64,000 nt of DNA, from positions 76,014 through 140,013 of the forward strand of contig CAYNEI010000001.1 of assembly GCA_964396185.1 (NCBI GenBank). Direction: 5' to 3'. The stretch is from an uncultured Thermoplasmatales archaeon (lineage in GTDB: Archaea; Thermoplasmatota; SW-10-69-26). A program made the translations under genes and the position numbers. How positions within the stretch are numbered: position 1 is the stretch's first letter; every line of letters begins with the position of its first letter. Of this stretch, positions 1 through 7,644 are shown one piece after another. The notes under the pieces were generated by a model, which was not told the origin of the DNA, ran no database searches, and worked only from the letters and a program-made list of their open reading frames with translations.

Positions 1-1737
1 CCAACCACCGGGCTCAAAGCCTCTCCGGTTGCATGCGTGTTCGCCCCCCACTTCACGACCCTATCCGGCGCGCTTCCGGGTGACTGCCAGGACATCAGCG
101 AGTTCAACCAGTTCTTCGCTGAGTCCGAGTCATCCACCTACGTGGCCAACAAGCCGGGCTGGTACATCCTGACCGGCTTCATCGACTCGGGCGCGCCCAT
201 CGCGTCCACCATCACCAAGACCGGTGACCGCACGGACGTGAGCCGGATCTTCTCGTTCTACGTGAACCCGGTCAACGTCGACGAGGCCCTCTGGTGCGCG
301 GCCCCGATGATCTCGACCGACGCCGACGACCAGCTCGACACGGGCGTGGAGCAGGTCCTCGACGAGGACGGCAACCCCACCGGTGACTGGGAGGTCACAG
401 GAGACTTCGACTACCTCGTCGAAGCCCACGACCTCGACATCTACACGAGCGATCTCGGCGGCGTCCAGCGCACACTCAACGAGCTGCAGCGTGACATCGT
501 GGACATGCTCCCCGACGATCTGATGCCACCGGAGGTTGAGCAGGCCATCGAAGACGCGAACGACCTCGCTGGGCAGACGCTCGACGACGCAGACAGCACC
601 CTCGACCCCGTTGTCCAGCGTGTTGCAGCGACGAAGGGCAACACCGCCGAGCGCAACGCGCCTGGCGACAACTCCTGGACGCTCACAGGCGAGACCGCAG
701 CCCAGCGCTGCACCCTCTCCAACGGGCTCGTCGAGGACACAAGCGAGCCGAACCAGCTGTACAACCGGATCCAGGCCACGATCCAGAGTACGGCTGTCGG
801 ATCGATCCCCGGCGGTGTGGGTGGCATCCCCGTCGTCGGAGGCGTGAACTTCCCGGGTCTCGGCGGCGACGCGCTGCGTGACTTCACGGACCTGGACGGG
901 GACGGTCTCCCGACGAGCGCCGACGAGCAGGGGTTCAACCCTTGGCACCCTGAGAGCTACTCCTTCAGTGGCTCCATCGCGGTCATCGAGGACCGCGACG
1001 GCGACGCTGAGTTCGACGGCTGCCCTGCCGGCGAACAGCCCCCAGGTCCCGGCCAGGACCGCTGTGCCGCGCGCCTCTACTTCGACTACACGAACGACAA
1101 GGCGCTGCGAGACAACAGCGAGACGATCCCCGACTTCATGGACCAGAACGGGTTCCGGGACGGTACCGGCATGTACGCCGTGCTCAAGGTCTCCGGACCC
1201 GTGGCGATCACGTCCACGGACACCAACGACCTGACGCAGGACAACTCCCCCGCGACGATCCTCGATCGGACGCGTGTCCTCAGTGGGGATGGTCTCCACT
1301 GCATCGTCGCGCTGAGCACGGGCCTTGAGAACCAAGACGACCGGTTCATCGACATCGTCGGTGCCAGCGGCACAGGCGACGACGAGATCACGGACGCGCT
1401 CTGCGGTGAGGACGTCACCGGCGAGACGCACCTGCTCCGCGACGGCTTCTTCGAGGGCGACGGCGCGGGCGGCTTCAACGCTGCGTTCTCCTGGACGCCG
1501 CTGGAGCCCCACCCGGACGCCTTGGACGCCGCGGGTGATGGTCTGACCGTGAACTACCTCGTGACCGTCGACGGGGAGACCGGCGACGACATCACGAAGG
1601 CGAACCTGAAGCTCGGAACCCACGGCATCGACGACCCCACGGTCGTCAAGGTCTGGGACAACGGCGACGGCACAGAGGACATCTCGTACCTCTGGACCGA
1701 CTTCGACCCGTTCACGTCCGACCCGGACGGCGTCTGA
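1..1737 (+). CDS. Secreted acidic protein, tandem-paralog family, copy 1 (5' end lies left of the window)
   Basis: Frame 1 is open from nt 1, and the track start at 37 is an internal GTG. ..ACVFAPHFTTLSG..ISEFNQFF..ANKPGWY..YVNPV..EAHDLDIY..EQGFNPWHPE..DRCAARLYFDY.. aligns colinearly with the C-terminal two thirds of the complete copies. Stop TGA at 1735-1737 is followed by a hairpin plus T-rich tract. Confidence 0.85.
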   Translation, partial: PTTGLKASPVACVFAPHFTTLSGALPGDCQDISEFNQFFAESESSTYVANKPGWYILTGFIDSGAPIASTITKTGDRTDVSRIFSFYVNPVNVDEALWCAAPMISTDADDQLDTGVEQVLDEDGNPTGDWEVTGDFDYLVEAHDLDIYTSDLGGVQRTLNELQRDIVDMLPDDLMPPEVEQAIEDANDLAGQTLDDADSTLDPVVQRVAATKGNTAERNAPGDNSWTLTGETAAQRCTLSNGLVEDTSEPNQLYNRIQATIQSTAVGSIPGGVGGIPVVGGVNFPGLGGDALRDFTDLDGDGLPTSADEQGFNPWHPESYSFSGSIAVIEDRDGDAEFDGCPAGEQPPGPGQDRCAARLYFDYTNDKALRDNSETIPDFMDQNGFRDGTGMYAVLKVSGPVAITSTDTNDLTQDNSPATILDRTRVLSGDGLHCIVALSTGLENQDDRFIDIVGASGTGDDEITDALCGEDVTGETHLLRDGFFEGDGAGGFNAAFSWTPLEPHPDALDAAGDGLTVNYLVTVDGETGDDITKANLKLGTHGIDDPTVVKVWDNGDGTEDISYLWTDFDPFTSDPDGV

Positions 1738-1760
1738 CCGGGGCCTTCGGCCCCAACGGC

Positions 1761-1808
1761 TTGGCCCGCGCACCGCGCGCGGGCCAAGGTCTCTTTCTTT
1801 TCATCTCT
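1761..1808 (+). terminator. Hairpin plus pyrimidine/T-rich tract downstream of paralog copy 1
   Basis: ggcccgcgc (1763-1771) pairs with gcgcgggcc (1777-1785), followed by ggtctctttcttttcatct. The same structure recurs after copies 2, 3 and 4. An extra small hairpin ggggcc-ttc-ggcccc sits at 1740-1754. Confidence 0.55.
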
Positions 1809-1845
1809 CGAGAACGCCAGCGGTTGCTCTCTCCATCCAGCCTCC

Positions 1846-1884
<39 letters not shown>

Positions 1885-2081
1885 CAGCAACCTCCAGCGC
1901 GTCGCTGGCGCACCGTATCGCGGCGCAGCCGCGCTCCATTCGTTGAGCGTGCGCCGGACGCCAACCGCACGGCACTAAACGCTCAACAGTCATTGAGTAC
2001 CATGCGAACACTTATCATGCGTGAGAGGCACTTCCAAGCGGGCTGGCTGGCCGGGAGAGCTAGCTGGCCCTGGAGGTACAC

Positions 2082-4601
2082 ATGAGGCGACTACTCGTCA
2101 TCCTGACAGGCTTGCTTATGATCACCATCGGTGCTGGGCCCGCGTTCGCGGAGCACAACGATGTCGGCTCCCAGTTCGTGGTGGGCAACCCCGACCCCAC
2201 ACCGACTGAGACCGCAGACGGGGATGTCTCTGATGATCTCCGGCTCATCTACCACGCCGGCGGCTCGCTGCCGTCCCCGGCTGGCGCCGGCACGGTCCCC
2301 CGGATCTCGCCCGCTGATCAGAGCGGGCTCGGCCTGGGCGATTGGATCGGGTTCATCGACGGTGTGATCGAGCACCCGGGACCCGCGTTCAACCAGTGCA
2401 TCCTGCTCGCTACGTGCGGGACGACCACAGACCCGCTCTACCGGGCCAACCCCGCCCCCGATGACACGGAATGCGAAGGGCCCGAGGACAACCAGAAGCT
2501 CGGAGAGGACCCCACGGATCCAAGCGACGATCCCTGTGACGGTGGCGACCACCTCATGCCCATCACCTTCTGGCCACCTGTGCGCGTGCAGAACCACGCC
2601 ATGGACGTCTTCAGCGACCCGGAGGATGATGGAAGCGGCTTCAGCTACCCCGGCGTCTACGGCTACTACCTCTACCTCTTCGGTGAGGGTAGTGGCGTGG
2701 CCGCGGGCGAGGGCTCGTTCAGCCACCTCGATGGGTTGTGCGAAGCCCCCACGGGCCACTATGCCCCCGGCTCCGACAAGCCGTGCAAGCTAATCACCAA
2801 AAAGGATATCGAAGACCACCGCGAGCCGGGTCAGCGGGCGGCTGTGTGCATGTACCGACCGTTCTTCAGCACGCTTAGCGGCGGATCCGACGACCAGGCC
2901 TGTCCGAACATCAGCGAGTTCAACCACGTCACGACGGAATCGGACTCGAGCCTCTACATCGCCAACAAGCCCGGCTGGTACATGTTCACGGCCTCGATCA
3001 ACCAGTTCGGATCTCTGTTGTCCAACAACAACGTCCCGACCTTCGGCGGGAACCACACGAACATCGCGGTCGGCGGCTCCTACCACTACTACGTGAACCC
3101 GGAGCGTCCGGCCAGCCACCTCTGGTGCATGGGCCCCCCCATCGCGACGCTAGCCGCGGATGGGATCGACACGGGCTTGGAGCTCGTGCAGGACCCAGAG
3201 ACAGACGAGTGGCTCGGCTGGGAACTCGAGGAGATCGGGTTCAACGTCGCGGCCCACGACATCGACGTTTACATCGCCAACGAGGAGACCTCTGGCGCGG
3301 CGGACACCACCTTCGAGCTCGTCAACGAGGTGCTCGACACGGTCCCGGCCCTCCCACCTGAGGTCCAGGAGACCATCGACGACGTCCAAGACATCGTTGA
3401 TCAGCTCGGTGACGACGCCGATGACACGCTAGGTCCGATCAACGACGCTCTCGATGAGACCGTCGATCGGTTCGCGGTCAACGTCGGCCAGAGCGAGGAG
3501 CCCAACCGGCCAGGCGACAACTCCTGGAGCCTCTCGGCCGCCAGCCCAGCGACCCAGTGCTCAACCTCCGACGGTCTCACCGAGGGTGAGGGGAGCACCA
3601 CGTTCTACAACCGCAACCAGGCAACCCTGGACAGCGAGGTTGTGGACTCGATCCCCGGCGGGGTCTGCTGCGTGCTTGGACTCGGCGTGAACTTCCCAGG
3701 GCTCGGCGGCGACGCCCTGCATGACTACACCTACACCGACGAGGACGGCCTCCCGGCCGGTGCAAGCGAACAGGGCTTCAACCCCTGGCACCCCGACCGC
3801 TGGACCTTCGACGGCTCACTGCTCGTGGTCGACGACCTCGACGACGACCAGAACTTCGACGGGTGTCCGCCTGGCGACGACCCGCCAAGTCCGAGTCAAG
3901 ATCGCTGCGCGGCGCGCATGCCCTTCGACGTCTACAACGACGACGCGATCCGGGAGGAGGACACCGGAGAGACCATGGGCGACTTCGCCCGCAGCCAGGG
4001 CTTCGCTGACCCCACCGGCGTTTACGCCGTGCTCATGGTCACCGGCCCCGTGATGGTGCTCCCCGAGGACGCCCCTGGCCAACTCGAGGAAGTCGGCCCC
4101 TTCACGGAGGACATTCGCGTGCTCGACAGCGAAGGACAGAACTGCGTCGTCTTCACGAGCACCGGTCTGCTCGATCTCGGTGACTTCGGCCAGGGGGAGC
4201 GATTCCGCACCCTCATCGGACTCGAGGACGACACCGCCGACCTGACCACCGTACGCGACCACCTGTGCGGTGACGTCACGGGCGACAGCCTGCTCATCGA
4301 CGACGGCTTCGACGATGCAGCGGGCTCAGGCGGGTACAGTCTCGACTTCGACTGGATCCCGCTGGAACCCAAGCCCGAGGCCCTTGAGGACGACGACGAC
4401 AGCCTCAGCGTGCACTACCTCGTCACCGTCGGCTCCGACGGCGACGACAAGACGCGCTCGAACATCGATCTCGGCTCTGCTGGGCACACCGAGGACACGG
4501 AAACCGTGGCCAAGGTGTGGGGCGACGAGATCGGCAGCATCACCTACGAATGGGTGGACGTCGAGCTCTTCGACAGCGAGCCGGGTCAGCCCGAGGACTG
4601 A
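2082..4601 (+). CDS. Secreted acidic protein, tandem-paralog family, copy 2 (839 aa)
   Basis: GGAGGT lies 4 nt upstream of ATG. N-terminal signal peptide is MRRLLVILTGLLMITIGAGPAFA|EHNDVG. Family motifs: GDWIGFIDGVIEHPGP, YLYLFGEGSG, NISEFN, ANKPGWY, YYVNP, AHDIDVY, EPNRPGDNS, EQGFNPWHPD, DRCAARMPFD, ELFDSEPGQPED. Very acidic, with no C-terminal anchor. Confidence 0.9.
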   Translation: MRRLLVILTGLLMITIGAGPAFAEHNDVGSQFVVGNPDPTPTETADGDVSDDLRLIYHAGGSLPSPAGAGTVPRISPADQSGLGLGDWIGFIDGVIEHPGPAFNQCILLATCGTTTDPLYRANPAPDDTECEGPEDNQKLGEDPTDPSDDPCDGGDHLMPITFWPPVRVQNHAMDVFSDPEDDGSGFSYPGVYGYYLYLFGEGSGVAAGEGSFSHLDGLCEAPTGHYAPGSDKPCKLITKKDIEDHREPGQRAAVCMYRPFFSTLSGGSDDQACPNISEFNHVTTESDSSLYIANKPGWYMFTASINQFGSLLSNNNVPTFGGNHTNIAVGGSYHYYVNPERPASHLWCMGPPIATLAADGIDTGLELVQDPETDEWLGWELEEIGFNVAAHDIDVYIANEETSGAADTTFELVNEVLDTVPALPPEVQETIDDVQDIVDQLGDDADDTLGPINDALDETVDRFAVNVGQSEEPNRPGDNSWSLSAASPATQCSTSDGLTEGEGSTTFYNRNQATLDSEVVDSIPGGVCCVLGLGVNFPGLGGDALHDYTYTDEDGLPAGASEQGFNPWHPDRWTFDGSLLVVDDLDDDQNFDGCPPGDDPPSPSQDRCAARMPFDVYNDDAIREEDTGETMGDFARSQGFADPTGVYAVLMVTGPVMVLPEDAPGQLEEVGPFTEDIRVLDSEGQNCVVFTSTGLLDLGDFGQGERFRTLIGLEDDTADLTTVRDHLCGDVTGDSLLIDDGFDDAAGSGGYSLDFDWIPLEPKPEALEDDDDSLSVHYLVTVGSDGDDKTRSNIDLGSAGHTEDTETVAKVWGDEIGSITYEWVDVELFDSEPGQPED

Positions 4602-4619
4602 GCCCGGCTCGCTACTTGC

Positions 4620-4668
4620 TTGGCCCGTGCGCACCGCGCGCGGGCCAAAGCTCTCTCTTTTCATCTTT
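4620..4668 (+). terminator. Hairpin plus T-rich tract downstream of copy 2
   Basis: ggcccgtgcgc (4622-4632) pairs with gcgcgcgggcc (4636-4646), loop acc, then ctctctcttttcatcttt. Confidence 0.55.
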
Positions 4669-4773
4669 CAAGAACGACAGCGGTAGCGCTTCCCAGCGAG
4701 CCTCTACCGCTCCGTAGGCGCGCTTCATCGCGGCCCCACCCCGAACCGTTGCTTCAACACCGCCACAGCGAAC

Positions 4774-4779
4774 TTTATA
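4774..4779 (+). promoter_or_regulatory. TATA-box-like element (TTTATA) upstream of paralog copy 3, immediately followed by the palindrome ACTCA-T-TGAGT
   Basis: aactTTTATActcattgagtgg lies about 60 nt upstream of the GTG at 4839. It is the only AT-rich hexamer in this GC-rich spacer. Confidence 0.45.
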
Positions 4780-4838
4780 CTCATTGAGTGGTGTGCCACA
4801 TGTGAGGCTGGCTCATGCGAGCCACCAGAGGTGATGTA

Positions 4839-7331
4839 GTGAGGCGAATATTGATCCTGATCACGTGCACAGCTATGCTCTTGGTAGGCGTCGGACCGGC
4901 GCTTGCCGAGCACAACGACATCGGCGTCCGCTACGGGGTCGGCAACCCCGACCCGGGGATCGCCGAGGATGCCTCCGGGGACGTCTCGGACGATCTTCGG
5001 TTGATCTACCACGCCGGCGGCAACCTCCCCGCACCTGCAGGCGTGGGCAACCTACCCCGCATCTCGCCCGCGGACCAGTCCGGTCAGGGCCTGGGGGATT
5101 GGATCGGGTTCATCGACGGTGTCATCGAGCACCCCGGGCCCGGCTGGAACCGGTGCTTCATCATCAACCCGAGCTTCGCGTGCGAGCCGCAGCCCGACCC
5201 CCTCTACCGGCTCAACCCGGCCGCCGAGGACGAGGGATGCGAAGATCTGGCTGACAACACAGAGCTAGGCGAGGACCCCGCGAACCCCGACGACGACCCG
5301 TGCAGCGGCGCGGATCACAGGAGCTTTATCGAGTTCTGGCCCCCGGTTCGCATCCAGAACCACAAGATCGACGTCATCAGCGATCCGGACGAGGATGGAA
5401 GCGGCTTCACCTTCCCCGGCAACTACGGCTACTACGTCTACCTCTTCGGCCAGGGCACCGGCCCCGCGGCCGGGACCGGCGACTTCGAGATGCTCCCTGA
5501 CGACCTCTGCGAAGCGCCCACGGGCCACTTCGCTCCGGGCTCCAACAAGGACTGCAAGCTCATCACGCCTGTGGACCTGGACGTCGACCTGGAGCCCGGC
5601 CAGCACGCTGCTGTGTGCATGTACCGGGCGTTCTTCACGACGATCAGCGGGGGCTCCAACAACAACGCCTGCCCGAACATCAGCGAGTTCAACGCGTGGC
5701 GTGAGCCCTCGGACTCGAGCTTCTATCTCGCCAACAAGCCGGGCTGGTACATGGTGACGCGCTCGAACAACGACTTCGCGTCGCTCGACGCCTACGACAA
5801 CGTGGTCACGTTCGGCGGCAACCGGACCGACATCGCCCGGGGTGGGGCCTACCACTACTACGTCAACCCCGTGCGCCCGGCCAGCCACCTCTGGTGCGTG
5901 GGACCACCAGTCGCAACGACCGCCAGCGACGGGCTCGACAGTGGGCTCACCCTCCTGCGCAACGAGGACGACTCCTGGGCCGGCTGGGAGCTGGACCGCT
6001 CCATCGAGTACCGCCTGGAGGCCCACGACGTCGACGTTTACCTTGCCTTCGAGGAGACCGACACCCTGTTCGATGAGGCCGACCGGCTTCAAGAGGACAT
6101 CGAGGACAGCGTGCCGCCGATCGTCGGCGACCTCCTCGGCCTGGTAGGCGACACGATCGACGCTCTCCAGGACGAAACAGCGCCCGTCACGGATGCGGTC
6201 GGCAGCCTCACCTCCCGGTTGGGTCCCAACGTCCCGAACGGAGCCGAGCCCAACCGGCCCGGAGACAACTCGTTCACCTTGAACGAGGACTCCCCCTCCA
6301 GCGAGTGCAGCCCGGTCAACGGCCTGACCGATGCGAGTGACCCCACGACGTACACGAACTACATCCAAGCCGTCGTAGACAGCGTCGTCGCTGACTCGAT
6401 CCCTGGCAGCGTGTCCGGCAACAACATCGCGGGCTTCGGTGGGGATGCCCTCCACGACTACACCTACCTGGGCAGTGACGGTCTCCCGGCAGACACCTCC
6501 GAGCAGGGGTTCAACCCCTGGCATCCGGACCAGTGGGCGATCTTCGGGAGCATCCTCACAATCGACGACCTCGACGAGGATCAGCGCTTCGATGACTGTC
6601 CGCCTGGTGACGACCCGCCGAGTTCTAGCGAGGACATCTGCGCTGCTCGGATGCCCTTCGATCTCTACAACCCGGATGCGCTGCGGGACGAGGGGAACAT
6701 GGGAGACAAGATGCGGCTCGAGCGCTTCGGTGACCCCACGGGCATGTACTTCGTGCTCCGTGTCACGGGCCCCACCGTGATCCTCAACGAGAACGAGGTT
6801 CTCGAGGGGGTCCCGGCTGCTGTCCAGGACTTCGAGACGGTACCGGACTTCCAGCTCTTGGAAGGCGAAGGTCAGCACTGTGTCGTCGGCACCAGCATCG
6901 GGCTGCTCGACCTCGGCGCCTTCGGCCAAGGCGAGCGGTTCCGCCAGCTCCACGATGTGGACGCCAACGCGAATCCCAGCGAGTTGCTGGCCAAGATCTG
7001 CGACGGTTCCGATGGCACGCATCTGCTCATCGAGGACGCCTTCGCCGATGCGCCCCAGGCCGGCTCGTTTACCAGCCAGGTCCAGTGGATCCCGCTGGAG
7101 CCCAAGCCCGAGGCCCTGGAGAACGACGACGACGGCGTCGACGTCCACTACGTCGTCACCGTCGGTCCTGGCAGCGATCTCCGAACCGAGACCAACTTGA
7201 AGCTCGGCACCCACGGCCCCGACGACCCGACGGTCGCCAAGGTCTGGACCGAGGACGGCTCCAACGACGTCACCTACAAGTGGACCGACCAGGAGCTCTT
7301 CGACAGCGAGCCGGGTCAGCCCTCGGACTGA
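4839..7331 (+). CDS. Secreted acidic protein, tandem-paralog family, copy 3 (830 aa from GTG 4839; the track's ATG 4815 is an alternative start)
   Basis: GTG 4839 gives MRRILILITCTAMLLVGVGPALA|EHNDIG. This is homologous to the MRR.. N-termini of copies 2 and 4 and is preceded by GAGGTGAT. All family motifs are present. Confidence 0.88.
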   Translation: MRRILILITCTAMLLVGVGPALAEHNDIGVRYGVGNPDPGIAEDASGDVSDDLRLIYHAGGNLPAPAGVGNLPRISPADQSGQGLGDWIGFIDGVIEHPGPGWNRCFIINPSFACEPQPDPLYRLNPAAEDEGCEDLADNTELGEDPANPDDDPCSGADHRSFIEFWPPVRIQNHKIDVISDPDEDGSGFTFPGNYGYYVYLFGQGTGPAAGTGDFEMLPDDLCEAPTGHFAPGSNKDCKLITPVDLDVDLEPGQHAAVCMYRAFFTTISGGSNNNACPNISEFNAWREPSDSSFYLANKPGWYMVTRSNNDFASLDAYDNVVTFGGNRTDIARGGAYHYYVNPVRPASHLWCVGPPVATTASDGLDSGLTLLRNEDDSWAGWELDRSIEYRLEAHDVDVYLAFEETDTLFDEADRLQEDIEDSVPPIVGDLLGLVGDTIDALQDETAPVTDAVGSLTSRLGPNVPNGAEPNRPGDNSFTLNEDSPSSECSPVNGLTDASDPTTYTNYIQAVVDSVVADSIPGSVSGNNIAGFGGDALHDYTYLGSDGLPADTSEQGFNPWHPDQWAIFGSILTIDDLDEDQRFDDCPPGDDPPSSSEDICAARMPFDLYNPDALRDEGNMGDKMRLERFGDPTGMYFVLRVTGPTVILNENEVLEGVPAAVQDFETVPDFQLLEGEGQHCVVGTSIGLLDLGAFGQGERFRQLHDVDANANPSELLAKICDGSDGTHLLIEDAFADAPQAGSFTSQVQWIPLEPKPEALENDDDGVDVHYVVTVGPGSDLRTETNLKLGTHGPDDPTVAKVWTEDGSNDVTYKWTDQELFDSEPGQPSD

Positions 7332-7644
7332 GCCCGGCTCACGAACCCTCGGCCCGCGCGGGGTGCGCGCGGGCCGAGATCTCTCTTCTTCTCCTCTCTC
7401 AAGCACGGCAGCGGTCGCTCTCGACCAACTTCTAGCGCACCGAGCGGCGCGCTTGATCGCGGCCGCAGGCCGCGAACCCCTCGTTGAGCGCGCACGAGCA
7501 CTGAGCGTGCCGAACTCAACGCTCAATACTCACTGAGCCTCTCGCAAAAGCTCATGCTGGCGTGACATGTTTTGGCACGTCGGAGGCTGTCCGCTCCTGG
7601 AGCTGTGCGCTCCGTGACCGGAGCGGTCGCCTCGGAGGTACCAC
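7332..7644 (+). repeat. Inter-paralog module, copy C
   Basis: Contains the terminator hairpin, the ctctcttcttctcctctctc tract, ggtcg-ctct-cgacc, the gcgcgcttgatcgcggccgcaggccgcga palindrome (7457-7475), the cgttgag..ctcaacg hairpin, actcactgag, and a nested 5'UTR hairpin at 7591-7626. Confidence 0.75.
7349..7400 (+). terminator. Hairpin plus pyrimidine-rich tract downstream of copy 3
   Basis: tcggcccgcgcg (7349-7360) pairs with cgcgcgggccga (7366-7377), loop gggtg, then ctctcttcttctcctctctc. Confidence 0.55.

Larger units (their letters stand above)
4602..4838 (+). repeat. Inter-paralog module, copy B
   Basis: Contains the same terminator hairpin, the ctctctcttttcatcttt tract, the agcggtag..ctaccgct hairpin, and tttatACTCATTGAGT (TATA plus palindrome). 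Confidence 0.7.
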
